This document shows positions 18,942 to 28,681 of a stretch of DNA of 64,000 nt, one piece after another. Position 1 is the stretch's first letter. Every line of letters starts with the position of its first letter. The translations under genes and the position numbers were made by a program. The stretch covers positions 5,728,001 through 5,792,000 of the forward strand of contig OZ253462.1 of the NCBI GenBank assembly GCA_965261395.1. Reading direction: 5' to 3'. The notes beneath the pieces were generated by a model that worked only from the letters and a program-made list of their open reading frames with translations, did not search any database and had not been told where the DNA came from. The DNA comes from Candidatus Latescibacterota bacterium. Its GTDB lineage: Bacteria > Latescibacterota > UBA2968 > UBA8231.

Positions 18942-19955
18942 TCAGAACTGCCGGGTGAATCGCAAGTCGTTGTCGAGGAAGCGCCGCACGTCGTCGATGC
19001 CGTGCCGGATCATGGCGATCCGCTCCAATCCCATGCCGAAGGCGAAGCCAGTATATTCGTCGGGGTCGTAGCCCACTGCGGCAAAGACGGCCGGATCGAC
19101 CATACCGGCCCCGGCGATTTCGATCCAACCTGTCTCCTTGCAGATGGAGCAGTTCACGCGTTGCCCCTTGCAGATGCAGGTGAAATCGTATTCCACGCTT
19201 GGCTCAGTAAAGGGAAAGAAGTGAGGCCGAAAGCGCACTTGGGTCTCCGCGCCCATAAGTTGGCGTCCCATGGCCTCAATAGTGCCCTTCAAGTCGGCGA
19301 AAGAGACCTCACGGTCGACGTATAAGCCCTCGATCTGGTGGAAGGCGAAGTGGTGGGTTGCATCGACCGTCTCCTTGCGGTAGCAGCGTCCCAAGGAGAT
19401 GATCCGCACCGGCGGCGGCGTTTGCTCCATGACGTGGACCTGCACCGTGGAGGTGTGGGTGCGCATGAGTCTACCTCCTTCTTCTAGATAGAAGGTGTCG
19501 TGTAGATCGCGCGCGGGGTGGTCAGCCGGGGTATTGAGGGCATCGAAGTTGTGGTACTCGTCCTCGACTTCTGGTCCGTCGGCCACGTCAAAACCCATGC
19601 CTTGGAAGATGCCGATCAATTCGTCGGTTAGCTGGGACAGTGGGTGGGCACAGCCCAAGAGGGGCCGTCGGCCCGGGAGCGTTACGTCGAGGGCCGCCGC
19701 CGCTTCGGCCACCTGCCGGAGGGCCAAGGCCTTGTTGTCTAGCGCCTGTTGAATGGCCTTTTGGGCGCGGCCCGTGGCCTCCCCTAGTGTTGGTCGTTGG
19801 GCGGCGGGCAGGTGGCCGATCTGTCGCGCGATCTGTCGCAACTGGCTCTTGCGCCCGAGGTGGTGAACTCTCAGTGCCTCCAGCGCTTTATCGTCTCGGG
19901 CAGCCTCAATTTCCTCTACGGCCACCGACGCTAAGTATCGCACTTCTTCTAACAT
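18942..19955 (-). CDS. pheS: Phenylalanine--tRNA ligase alpha subunit
   Basis: HPARDLHDTFY, RTHTS, FPFTEPS, GFAFGMGLER. Confidence 0.98.
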   Translation of the reverse strand: MLEEVRYLASVAVEEIEAARDDKALEALRVHHLGRKSQLRQIARQIGHLPAAQRPTLGEATGRAQKAIQQALDNKALALRQVAEAAAALDVTLPGRRPLLGCAHPLSQLTDELIGIFQGMGFDVADGPEVEDEYHNFDALNTPADHPARDLHDTFYLEEGGRLMRTHTSTVQVHVMEQTPPPVRIISLGRCYRKETVDATHHFAFHQIEGLYVDREVSFADLKGTIEAMGRQLMGAETQVRFRPHFFPFTEPSVEYDFTCICKGQRVNCSICKETGWIEIAGAGMVDPAVFAAVGYDPDEYTGFAFGMGLERIAMIRHGIDDVRRFLDNDLRFTRQF

Positions 19956-19970
19956 ATAGACCTAATAGAA

Positions 19971-20007
19971 CAAAAAGGGCCCGGCGTGTGTCGCCGACCC
20001 CTTTTTG
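19971..20007. terminator. Rho-independent terminator/attenuator-like hairpin between rplT and pheS
   Basis: CAAAAAGGGCCCGGCG-tgtgt-CGCCGACCCCTTTTTG: imperfect stem with A/T tracts on both sides. Confidence 0.65.
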
Positions 20008-20024
20008 TAAGATGAGTGTAAACT

Positions 20025-20378
20025 TTAGGCGTGGGGCCGGGCTTGTTCGACTACCGCGGTAAAGGCGGCCGCATCGCGCACGGCTATATCGGCCAAGACC
20101 TTGCGGTTGATTGTAACGCCGGCTTGGTCCAATCCGTGGACGAGTTGGCTGTAAGACATGCCGTTGCGGCGGGCGGCGGCATTGATGCGGACAATCCAAA
20201 GGCGGCGGAAGTCCCGCTTGCGCTTGCGCCGGTCGCGGTAGGCGTAAACTTGAGCGCGATCGACGGCTTCTTGAGCGGTGCGGAAGAGGCGGCTGCGCCC
20301 CCCCCAATAACCCTTGGCTTGTTTGAGTACCTTCTTTTTTCGCTTTTTGGTGGCTACGGCGTGATTTACCCGTGGCAT
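20025..20378 (-). CDS. rplT: 50S ribosomal protein L20
   Basis: MPRV...AKGYWG...AYRDRR...[12 protein letters not shown]. Confidence 0.98.
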   Translation of the reverse strand: MPRVNHAVATKKRKKKVLKQAKGYWGGRSRLFRTAQEAVDRAQVYAYRDRRKRKRDFRRLWIVRINAAARRNGMSYSQLVHGLDQAGVTINRKVLADIAVRDAAAFTAVVEQARPHA

Positions 20379-20401
20379 GGATTATTCTCCGTTAAACTCG
20401 C

Positions 20402-20599
20402 TTACTTGAGGTTCAGGGCACGGCGAACATTGGCTAGGTCTGCGGACGAGACGGGATTGTTTTTGCGGAAAGTCCGTTTGCGCTTGGTCGAGCGACCGCC
20501 CAAAAGGTGAGTAGCATAGGCGTTGCGTCGCTTCAGGCTGCCCGATCCGCGCTGCTTAATGCGCTTGGACGAGGATTTATGCGTCTTGATTTTGGGCAT
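20402..20599 (-). CDS. rpmI: 50S ribosomal protein L35
   Basis: MPKIKTHKSSSKR; upstream of rplT; start ATG 20599. Confidence 0.95.
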   Translation of the reverse strand: MPKIKTHKSSSKRIKQRGSGSLKRRNAYATHLLGGRSTKRKRTFRKNNPVSSADLANVRRALNLK

Positions 20600-20635
20600 G
20601 ATGGTCCTTCTGTCTTGATTTTGGCCAGAAAAGCA

Positions 20636-20664
20636 AAAATAGACCATGAAATAGGGGCTGTCAA
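20636..20664 (-). promoter_or_regulatory. Sigma70-like promoter for rpmI-rplT
   Basis: Minus strand TTGACA-N17-TATTTT. Confidence 0.6.
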
Positions 20665-20763
20665 GGAAGGGCCGCCCGCTCTGCAGGCGGTGAAATTTTG
20701 TCGGGAAAGTTCTCGGTCCCGTCTCGGAGTTGGGGCGCGATCAGTGGCTGGAGTATTAGGTGA

Positions 20764-21027
20764 TTAGGCGGCTGCGTGCGATCTACATTTTTCGATCTGC
20801 TCCCGCACTTGGGGACGGATAAAGACCGTATCGAGAGGTAACCGCGAAAGGGCGCGGCATAACAAATGCACTCGAGCTCCGGTATTGAGTTCGTGATTGA
20901 CGATCAAGTAGGATCTACCTCCGTAGTGGCAAAGCCCACCTTGGCCCTCGAAATCGTCGTAGCGCACCTCAATATCGAGCCCGGCGGCGAGGCTTTCTAA
21001 CTCTTGCAGGAGAATGGAGTCATCCAT
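20764..21027 (-). CDS. Small conserved hypothetical protein (resembles the ImmA/IrrE N-terminal fold but lacks HExxH)
   Basis: MDDSILLQELESLA...GGLC...LIVN...LDTVFIRPQVRE; start ATG 21027. Confidence 0.65.
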   Translation of the reverse strand: MDDSILLQELESLAAGLDIEVRYDDFEGQGGLCHYGGRSYLIVNHELNTGARVHLLCRALSRLPLDTVFIRPQVREQIEKCRSHAAA

Positions 21028-21145
21028 AAGAAAATAATAGGGCCGCAGGCCGCGGCTAAGCAAGGAAATTGTTGGGAGCCGAATGGCGGATTGTTATTAT
21101 ATGGTGCCATTTTAGAGCGCATCCATAGCGGAGGGGAAACCGACT

Positions 21146-22000
21146 GTGACCGCAGCAAAACCCCAAGTACTGGTGACAAACGACGACGGGGCCGATTCGC
21201 CCCTTTTGGTGCCGTTGCTATGGGAGTTATCCAAGTTAGCCGAGCTGTGCCCGGTCGTGCCGGCGGCGGAATGCAGCTGGACCAGCAAGAGTATGAGTCG
21301 CTTTGAGCCGTTGGTGCTGGCCGAGATCGAATGCGGAGGTTTTCCCGTCCAGACGCTGACCGGCAAGCCGGCCGACTGTGCCAATATCGGCATTCACAAC
21401 CTCTGTCCCGAAAAGCCGGCCCTAGTCATTTCCGGCATCAATATGGGCGTCAACTCCGGCCTCGCTTTCACGCTAAGTTCTGGCACGATAGGGGCGGCGG
21501 TAGAGGGCTTTCTCGCCGGGGTGCCGTCCGCGGCTTTTTCGCTGGAACTGCCCGGGTCGGCTTTTGCCCTCTGGCGGCAGTCGCGGCGGCTCGATCCCGC
21601 GCTCGACGCGCTAATCGCGGCGGCGGCGGCTGTCACTGCCGATATTGCCGCTGAGATATTGCGTGGGGGGTTGCCCGCTGGTGCCGACATGATCGCGGTG
21701 AACATGCCCGCTAGTACTAGGAGCGAATCCCCGAGGTGCCTGACTGGCTTGGCAAGGACGCGCTATGGTCCGCTATTCACCCGTCGCGCGGCCGAACCGC
21801 ACTTCGAATACCATAGCTGCCAGTTGCAGTTGGTCGGCGATGGAGCTAACAGCGATGTGGAAGCCTTGGAACGCGGTGCGATCGCGATTACGCCGCTCCG
21901 CTATTCTATCGGTGTCCCAATAAGCCCGGTTGATCGCCAGCGCTTTGAGCGTAGCGTTTTCACGCCTGAAGGCGCGGTGAAGCGAGGCGGTCGTGGTTAA
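21146..22000 (+). CDS. surE: 5'/3'-nucleotidase SurE
   Basis: VTNDDG, GKPADC, SGINMGVNSG, SGTIGAA, ITPL. Confidence 0.93.
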   Translation: MTAAKPQVLVTNDDGADSPLLVPLLWELSKLAELCPVVPAAECSWTSKSMSRFEPLVLAEIECGGFPVQTLTGKPADCANIGIHNLCPEKPALVISGINMGVNSGLAFTLSSGTIGAAVEGFLAGVPSAAFSLELPGSAFALWRQSRRLDPALDALIAAAAAVTADIAAEILRGGLPAGADMIAVNMPASTRSESPRCLTGLARTRYGPLFTRRAAEPHFEYHSCQLQLVGDGANSDVEALERGAIAITPLRYSIGVPISPVDRQRFERSVFTPEGAVKRGGRG

Positions 22001-23300
22001 GCGGCTTCTCGCGAACGGCAGTTGTATCGGCGTCCTATTGTTCGCAGAGGGCGCGTGGGGCGAGGGTGTGGTCCACGTCGATTCCACCCACAGCCAGCCC
22101 TCGTCTCCGCTGCTGGCCAAAGTCTCTCAGTCTGCGACCGAGCAGACCGTGGAGGCTGTGCGCTGGATGGCAAAGCGACGCCAGTTTACCCTGTGGGGCA
22201 TTCCCTACGGCGTCACCGGCCTTCCTTTCGCTTTTCTCAGCCCCAACACGGGCTGGAACTGGGGAGCGCGTGTACATTGGGCCGACTATCGGCACCAGCC
22301 TTATCTCTACAAGTTGACCCTGCACGTACAGCAGTCCTCTGAGGGCAAATTAAAAAACCGCGTGCGGTTGAAGGTACCCCAAATTTCGGGGACGGGTTTT
22401 GGCTTGGGGCTGGAGTTGGTCCGCGAACGCAATCTGCGCACGCGCTACTATGGGTTGGGCAACGAAAGCGCATTCAATCGGGACTTCGTCGAGCCGAATA
22501 GCGCTGATTTCAAGGATGAAAACTACTACTACTACATTCTAGAAAGAAACCCGCGGATCTTAGTGAGCCTTTTTCGCCGTTTGTACGGTCCGGTATCCAT
22601 GTCGCTCGGTTTTGGGCTGGAGCGCGTCGATGTGGACCAACGGGGGACACAGGCTTTTTATCTAGAACGGGGCACTCCAGACGGAGTGATAGATGGGTTT
22701 TCGGGGTTTATAAGTGCGACTCTCCAATGGGATACCCGCGATGACGAAGTGATGCCGCGGAGCGGCTTCTTTCAGGAGTGGTCGTACGAGTCGGCACGCA
22801 ACTCGTTTCTGGCGCTGTTCTTCGAGCCTATTGATTTTAGCCGCGTGACCCTAACCAACGCCTACTATATCCTGCTGTCGCCTCGGGTGAACTTCTCCCA
22901 TCGCCTCTTGCTGGAGGTGCTCAGTGGCGAAGTGCCCCTCTACGCCTATGGCGAGATCGGAGGCAGCCGTCGGGTCAAGGGGTTGGGCGGCAGCGATTCG
23001 CTGCGGGGTTTCGACACCCAGCGGTTTACAGACGATGTGCGCTTTTTCTCCAATGTCGAATTGCGCTACCAACTGTACGACCACTGGTTTTACGGGCAGT
23101 ACATAGAATGGCAGGGGATGGTTTTTCTCGATTCGGGCCGGGTCTGGCCCGACTTGGATCGGATCGGGTGGTCGGGCATGCACATCAGCGGTGGTGCGGG
23201 GGTGCGAATGGTCTGGGACACCGATCTAGTGATCCGCATGGGCACGGGCGTCGCCAACGAGCAAATGGATATCTGGCTGAGTATAGGACAGAATTTCTAG
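21993..23300 (+). CDS. BamA/TamA (Omp85) family outer-membrane protein without POTRA domains
   Basis: WDTRD, LGGSDSLRGF, ELRY, FLDSGRVW, C-terminal GQNF. Confidence 0.8.
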   Translation: MVKRLLANGSCIGVLLFAEGAWGEGVVHVDSTHSQPSSPLLAKVSQSATEQTVEAVRWMAKRRQFTLWGIPYGVTGLPFAFLSPNTGWNWGARVHWADYRHQPYLYKLTLHVQQSSEGKLKNRVRLKVPQISGTGFGLGLELVRERNLRTRYYGLGNESAFNRDFVEPNSADFKDENYYYYILERNPRILVSLFRRLYGPVSMSLGFGLERVDVDQRGTQAFYLERGTPDGVIDGFSGFISATLQWDTRDDEVMPRSGFFQEWSYESARNSFLALFFEPIDFSRVTLTNAYYILLSPRVNFSHRLLLEVLSGEVPLYAYGEIGGSRRVKGLGGSDSLRGFDTQRFTDDVRFFSNVELRYQLYDHWFYGQYIEWQGMVFLDSGRVWPDLDRIGWSGMHISGGAGVRMVWDTDLVIRMGTGVANEQMDIWLSIGQNF

Positions 23301-24151
23301 GCGTGATCGGCAGTCTTCGGGGCCAAAAGTTCGATTAAGCGCGCCAATTCCGCCGCCATGTGGTCGCGCGAGACGATGCGGTCGATAAAGCCGTGTTCAA
23401 GGACGGTCTCGGCTTTCTGAAAGCCCGCGGGAAAGGGGGCCTCCGTGCCGAGGAACTGCTGGATGACGGCTGGCCCGGCAAACCCAATACGCGCCCCAGG
23501 TTCGGCTAGGGCAATATCGCCGAGCATGGCGAAGCTAGCGGTGACTCCCCCGTAGGTCGGGTCGGTGAGAATGGCAATGTAGAGCAAGCCGTTTTGCGCG
23601 AGTTGGTTGAGCTTGGCACTGATCCGGGCCATCTGCATCAGGGAGTAGGCGCTCTCTTGCATTCTGGCCCCAGCAGACTGGCAGATGACGATTAGGGTGC
23701 GGTGCTCGGCAATGGCGCGGTCGATGAGGCGGCAGATCTTCTCGCCGGTCGCGCCGCCCAAAGTACCCATGAGGTAGCGCGTATCCATGATCGCGAGAGC
23801 AATAGGCTGCCCGTCGATCTGGCCGACGCCGGTGTGTACTGATTCCTTGGCGCCGCTTTCGCGTCGCCCCTTTTTGATTTTGTCCTTATAGCCTTTGAAC
23901 TTGAGCGGATCAACGGGCATCACGTCCGGGTCGATTTCGGTGAAGGTTCCTTCGTCGACGACGAGGTCAATATATTGCTGCGGACCGATGGGATAGTGGA
24001 AGGCGCACTCCGGGCAGATCCAGTGACTGCGTCGCAGGGCCATCTCGTAGTTAGAGCGGCTACACTTTTTGCACTTGATCCAGATACCCTGGGGAATTTC
24101 TCGCTTTATTAGGGACTTGATCCCAGTTTTCATTTTTTCAAACCAGTTCAA
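23297..24151 (-). CDS. accD: Acetyl-CoA carboxylase carboxyltransferase beta subunit
   Basis: WIKCKKC...CPEC zinc ribbon, GARMQE, PTYGGVTASFA, GFAGP; TTG start 24151 with GGAG RBS. Confidence 0.95.
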   Translation of the reverse strand: MNWFEKMKTGIKSLIKREIPQGIWIKCKKCSRSNYEMALRRSHWICPECAFHYPIGPQQYIDLVVDEGTFTEIDPDVMPVDPLKFKGYKDKIKKGRRESGAKESVHTGVGQIDGQPIALAIMDTRYLMGTLGGATGEKICRLIDRAIAEHRTLIVICQSAGARMQESAYSLMQMARISAKLNQLAQNGLLYIAILTDPTYGGVTASFAMLGDIALAEPGARIGFAGPAVIQQFLGTEAPFPAGFQKAETVLEHGFIDRIVSRDHMAAELARLIELLAPKTADHA

Positions 24152-24498
24152 GGCTTCTCCCCTCAGATTAGCCCCGCCGCTCGAGTCCGGCGAAGTGAAC
24201 GTAGCGGTAGCTCGGATAAACGCGCTCGTCGCCACATTGCTATAAAGCGAATAAAGTGCATTAAAAATAAATACTTGTCAATCTACAAACGCGAGGCGCG
24301 CCGCGGAAATGTAACGCAGTCGCTATAAAGATGGAATGGCAGAGGTTGCTATTAGGTGGTTTTTGAAGTTGCATCTCAAACAGTAAATACGTATCTTGAC
24401 GGCTCTATGAGGGCTACATTAAGCAAAGACAACCAAACCGCGAATTGTCGCGGCGCGGAGACCGGTCTTGTCGAGGATTGTTAAGCGTGAAATGTAAT

Positions 24499-25629
24499 AT
24501 GCTGCGAATACTATGGCTAGCGATTTGCACCTTAGTTTTGGGTGCCGACGCCAGGGCCAATGAGAATGAAATTGCAACGGCCGATTCAATCCGCAAGTAC
24601 AAATACTACGCCAAGACGGCCCGCCAAAACAAAGAGTACGACAGGGCCATAGGCTATTACACGACTCTGCTGCAATATAGTCCCCAAGACCTGAAGGCCG
24701 CCTACTTCTTGGGGCAGCTCTATTACGAAAAAAAGGATTCCACCGGCGCACGCATCGCACTGCCCCAGGCGCGCATCGCACTGCGCCAAGCAGTCAGCAT
24801 CGACTCGCTGCATCTGAATTCCAACTTGCTTCTCTATTCGATATATAAAGCCATGGACTTGCCCGATTCGGCTGCTTGGAGTTTGGAGCGCGTACTGCTC
24901 GAAAAGCCGGAGCTCCGCCGCGAGTTGGCCGACCTCTATCGCCGCGGGGGCCACAACGAGCGGGCTGTCGCCCACTATGAACAGTTGGTTGCGGACGGTA
25001 GCAAGGATGCCGAGCTATTTGAAGTACTTGCGGTGTTGCACCAGGAGCTGGGGCAGGCGGAGCAGGCCCTTGCGTGGCGCCACCGCCAAGTCGAGGGTGG
25101 GACGGGCGGTGCCGACCAACTGGAGAGCATCGTCGAGTTGCAGCTAGAAGTCGGCGATGTCGATGAAGCCTATGACACGCTGTTGGAACTAGCGCGGGTG
25201 GATTCGCAGAATGCTTATTCCTATTACAACCGCATCGCGTCAATCGCCTCTGAAGAGGACGACGACACTTGGCGCTTCAAGGGCCTCAAGGGCATGGTCG
25301 AAGCCGATCCCAAGGATTTGAAGAGCATAGCTGAGTTAGTGGAGTGGCATCAAGGCCGCGGCGAGTTCGCCTCGGCAAAAGCGTGGTTGGAGCGAGGGCT
25401 GAAGGGAAATTCCAAGGATGCACACCTGCTGCTGCTCAAGGGCGACAATCTGGTAAGGGAAGGTGACGAGGAAGGGGCCATCGCCGCCTTTGAGAAAGCC
25501 AAAGCCGATCCGGCTTGGGAGAAGGTGGCCCAGCAGCGCATCTGGCAGCTTCGGCCGCCCGAGACCGAAGAAGAAAAGCTCAAGCGGCAGTTCTTCGGTG
25601 GCGAAGAGGCACAAGAGGAGCAAAACTAA
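24499..25629 (+). CDS. Periplasmic tetratricopeptide-repeat protein
   Basis: Signal peptide MLRILWLAIC...ARA; several TPR-like helices; first gene of the exbBD-tonB operon. Confidence 0.8.
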   Translation: MLRILWLAICTLVLGADARANENEIATADSIRKYKYYAKTARQNKEYDRAIGYYTTLLQYSPQDLKAAYFLGQLYYEKKDSTGARIALPQARIALRQAVSIDSLHLNSNLLLYSIYKAMDLPDSAAWSLERVLLEKPELRRELADLYRRGGHNERAVAHYEQLVADGSKDAELFEVLAVLHQELGQAEQALAWRHRQVEGGTGGADQLESIVELQLEVGDVDEAYDTLLELARVDSQNAYSYYNRIASIASEEDDDTWRFKGLKGMVEADPKDLKSIAELVEWHQGRGEFASAKAWLERGLKGNSKDAHLLLLKGDNLVREGDEEGAIAAFEKAKADPAWEKVAQQRIWQLRPPETEEEKLKRQFFGGEEAQEEQN

Positions 25630-25688
25630 GCACCGCTCCGGGTCTGTTGGTTCGACCGGGACTAACATTACAATCGTGGGGGGAAAAA

Positions 25689-26306
25689 ATGGTAGAGCTT
25701 TTTCAAGACGGTGGATGGGCCATGTGGCCCCTGCTCATTCTGCTCATCATCGGCGTTGCCGTAGCTATTGAGCGTCTGTACAATCTGTCGCGGTCGTCGA
25801 TTGATGCTGCGGATTTCTTTACGGGCCTCGAAGAGGCACTCAACAGCGGGGGCCCCGACGCCGCGGCCGAGCTTTGCTCGAATACGCGCGGTCCGGTTGC
25901 CTCCGTCATCCACGCTGGGCTCCTGCGCTTGGAGCGCGGCATCGACCACGTCGAGAAAGCCATTGACAATTCCGGCGCGGTGGAGATGGCCTTTCTCGAG
26001 CGCGGTATGGTCTGGCTATCGACCGTGGCCAACTTGGCACCGATGATAGGCTTTTTGGGCACGGTCAGCGGTATGATCAATGCCTTTCAGGCGATCAAGG
26101 AAGCCGGCGATGTCGAGCCTTCCATGGTCGCGGGCGGTATCTCTGAGGCTCTAATCACCACGGCTGCGGGTCTGATCGTGGGCATCCTGATCCAGTTTTG
26201 CTACAACTATTGCGCCAATCGCATCGATAAGATCATCGCCGACATGACTGAGCAGACGGCCAACTTCATCGATCTATTGGCCGCGCGTCAGCATCAAGGA
26301 GCCTAA
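25689..26306 (+). CDS. exbB: MotA/TolQ/ExbB proton channel protein
   Basis: GGWAMWPL, APMIGFLGTVSGMI, GISEALITTAAGL. Confidence 0.93.
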   Translation: MVELFQDGGWAMWPLLILLIIGVAVAIERLYNLSRSSIDAADFFTGLEEALNSGGPDAAAELCSNTRGPVASVIHAGLLRLERGIDHVEKAIDNSGAVEMAFLERGMVWLSTVANLAPMIGFLGTVSGMINAFQAIKEAGDVEPSMVAGGISEALITTAAGLIVGILIQFCYNYCANRIDKIIADMTEQTANFIDLLAARQHQGA

Positions 26307-26308
26307 AC

Positions 26309-26722
26309 GTGATCGGGAGGCGCCAAAGCCGGGTTCCCCCGGAAATCCCCACGGCATCGATGGCGGATATCGCCTTTTTGTTGATCGTGTTCTTTCTCGT
26401 TACGACCACGATGAACCAAGACAAGGGCCTCTCATTGCATTTGCCGCCGGTGGGTGAGACTAAAGAAGTGCGAGAAAAGAATATTCTCAACGTGTGGATC
26501 AACGCCCGCGACCAGGTCGCCTTTTTTGAAAATGACCAGCTAACGCCGGTGCCGTTTGCCGAGCTCAAGGGGCACATTGAAGGGCGTCTGCGGGAAAACG
26601 AGAATTTGATCGTCTCACTAAAGACTGAGCGCGGGGCCACCTATCGGACCTTCGTCGATGTACTAGACGAGCTCAAACTGGCCGGTGCTACCAAAATCTC
26701 GATTGCCAATCCGGAAGAATAG
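26309..26722 (+). CDS. exbD: ExbD/TolR family protein
   Basis: IPTASMADIAFLLIVFF. Confidence 0.92.
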   Translation: MIGRRQSRVPPEIPTASMADIAFLLIVFFLVTTTMNQDKGLSLHLPPVGETKEVREKNILNVWINARDQVAFFENDQLTPVPFAELKGHIEGRLRENENLIVSLKTERGATYRTFVDVLDELKLAGATKISIANPEE

Positions 26723-26725
26723 CCG

Positions 26726-27136
26726 ATGAAATTCGCACGCAAAGCCAAAGTGGTCAGCGTCATTCCCACGGCCTCCATGGCCGATATATCCTTTCTGCTC
26801 CTCGTGTTTTTTATGGTCTCGACGGTTTTCGTGCGCTATAGGGGCGTGCCGGTGGAGCTGCCACAGGCCGAAAAAATTGAGAAGCTCGAAAGCCGCCGCA
26901 ACGTATTGCAGGTTTGGGTCAATAGCGAGGGGGTCGTCAATATCGAAGACCGGAACATACCGCTTTCCGAAGTGGGCAAAGTGGTGCATAGATACCTGAC
27001 GGCCAATCCTCGATTGATCATCTCGTTGCGGGGCGATAAGGATTCCGAGTTCGGGGTGATTTCCGATGTCATGGAGGAGTTGCGCAAAGTCGAGGCTCTG
27101 CGGGTCAATTTCTCCACCAAACGGGAGCTGAAATGA
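26726..27136 (+). CDS. exbD: ExbD/TolR family protein (second copy)
   Basis: IPTASMADISFLLLVFFMV. Confidence 0.92.
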   Translation: MKFARKAKVVSVIPTASMADISFLLLVFFMVSTVFVRYRGVPVELPQAEKIEKLESRRNVLQVWVNSEGVVNIEDRNIPLSEVGKVVHRYLTANPRLIISLRGDKDSEFGVISDVMEELRKVEALRVNFSTKRELK

Positions 27137-27792
27137 TGATTCGCGGCAAACAGCCTGAAGCCAACCTACGGTTGACTTACCGGAAGACGTTATGGGCCTG
27201 CACGGGGCTTTCTACCATCTTGCACGCGGCCCTCTTCGGCCTCTTCCCCAGCTTCGAGCCCGACGCCTATGCCAGATCCGAAGAGCCGATTATCATTCAA
27301 CTCGAAGAAATCCCCGAGACTAAGCAAGAGCGTCGGCCCCCACCGCCGGCCCGGCCAGTAGTGCCTGTGCCTACCGACAACCCGGACGTTCCGGATGACG
27401 TGACCATTGAGGACACAGAGCTCGACTTAGGTCTCGACGATTTGGCACCACCGCCGCCGTTGGAGGAGGAGGTGGTTGAGGAAGTCGAATTAGAAGAGGA
27501 AGAGGAGATAGTCGAGTTGTGGCGGGTTGAGAAGAAGCCCGTGGTCATCAAACAAGTAGAGCCGCAGTATCCGGCTACCGCCCAGAAGGCCAACATCACC
27601 GGCAAGGTGTTCGTCACGGCGCTAGTCGGCAAAGACGGCAAGGTCGAGCAGATTGGCAAGGTCACGGGTCCCAAGGTCTTCCACGAGGTAGCCAAAGCCG
27701 CCGCTCTCCAGTGGGAGTTTACGCCGGCGATGCAAAATGATAGGCCCGTCAAGGTTTGGGTTAGCCTGCCCTTCGTCTTCAGGCTCAACTAA
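27133..27792 (+). CDS. tonB: Energy transducer TonB
   Basis: TM helix with SxxxH, Pro/Glu-rich linker, PQYP...WEFTPA...PFVFRL C-terminal domain. Confidence 0.9.
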   Translation: MMIRGKQPEANLRLTYRKTLWACTGLSTILHAALFGLFPSFEPDAYARSEEPIIIQLEEIPETKQERRPPPPARPVVPVPTDNPDVPDDVTIEDTELDLGLDDLAPPPPLEEEVVEEVELEEEEEIVELWRVEKKPVVIKQVEPQYPATAQKANITGKVFVTALVGKDGKVEQIGKVTGPKVFHEVAKAAALQWEFTPAMQNDRPVKVWVSLPFVFRLN

Positions 27793-27903
27793 TGATTGCC
27801 ATATCCTTCTATTTTTCTTACATTTAATCTTACTCTCCTTCCTGTACTCCCCGCATAAACACCGTCTGTCGTACTCTGAACAAACTGGTGGGAGGATTAG
27901 TCT

Positions 27904-28356
27904 ATGCGGTGTCCCTATTGCAATTGTGAAGAAGATCGGGTGGTAGATTCGCGGTCGTGCCGCGAAGGTATGGCGATCCGTCGTCGCCGCGAGTGCATAA
28001 GCTGTGCCAAGCGCTTCACAACCTATGAATACATCGAAAACGTGCCTCTATCCGTTATTAAGGCCGACGGCCGGCGCGAGCCTTTCGATCGCAGCAAACT
28101 GCTCGACAAGATACAGATAGCCTGCTACAAGACGACCATATCGGCCGAGGCGATTGAGCAGCTCGTTGATCAGGTCGAGGCCGAAGTGGGCAGTCTCAAC
28201 GTGAAGGAAATTCCCTCCAAACAGATCGGCGAGCGCGTCGTGGAGCATCTGCGCCAGCTCGACGATGTGGCGTATGTGCGTTTTGCCTCGGTCTATCGCC
28301 AGTTCAAAGACAAGAGCGATTTCATGCGCGAATTGGAGCAATTGGCCAACAGCTAA
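27904..28356 (+). CDS. nrdR: Transcriptional repressor NrdR
   Basis: MRCPYC...RRRREC..C..RFTTYE, ATP cone, VAYVRFASVYRQF. Confidence 0.98.
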   Translation: MRCPYCNCEEDRVVDSRSCREGMAIRRRRECISCAKRFTTYEYIENVPLSVIKADGRREPFDRSKLLDKIQIACYKTTISAEAIEQLVDQVEAEVGSLNVKEIPSKQIGERVVEHLRQLDDVAYVRFASVYRQFKDKSDFMRELEQLANS

Positions 28357-28428
28357 GAGGTCTGTGCTGTTTTTTTAGCGCATCGTAACCGGATTGAAAA
28401 GAAATTGCTCTGGACCAGATAATTTATC

Positions 28429-28476
28429 TTGACAGATAAATGCTCTGTTTCTAATTTAGACCCCAATATATTGTAT
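28429..28476 (+). promoter_or_regulatory. nrdJ promoter with NrdR box
   Basis: TTGACA(28429)-N17-TAATTT followed by palindromic core CAATATATTG (28464-28473) matching the NrdR box CwAtATaTwG; a weaker possible second box lies near 28493-28505. Confidence 0.7.
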
Positions 28477-28548
28477 CAGATAAGTGTATCTCCCTGAGAT
28501 AGTGTATTTCAAGACTGCACTTTACTGTCTCCTTAGTTTTGTTCGTTC

Positions 28549-28612
28549 GGAACAATAGTTAAGCTAAGTTACTCCCCGAATCCGAACAGTAGTTAAGCTT
28601 ATAGTTAAGCTT
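28549..28612 (+). repeat. Three direct copies of TAGTTAAGCT in the nrdJ leader
   Basis: Copies at 28556, 28590 and 28602; the first two extend to GAACA(a/g)TAGTTAAGCT. Confidence 0.8.
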
Positions 28613-28681
28613 AAGGTTCTATTTCTGGCGATGTTCTAAACTTCGCCCATGGCTCTTTTTTGCTTCAATGGGAGTTTTGAA

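Noticed and set aside
28549-28612. CRISPR array or replication origin
   Set aside because: The repeats are only 10-16 bp, irregularly spaced and three in number; no cas genes or DnaA-box cluster.
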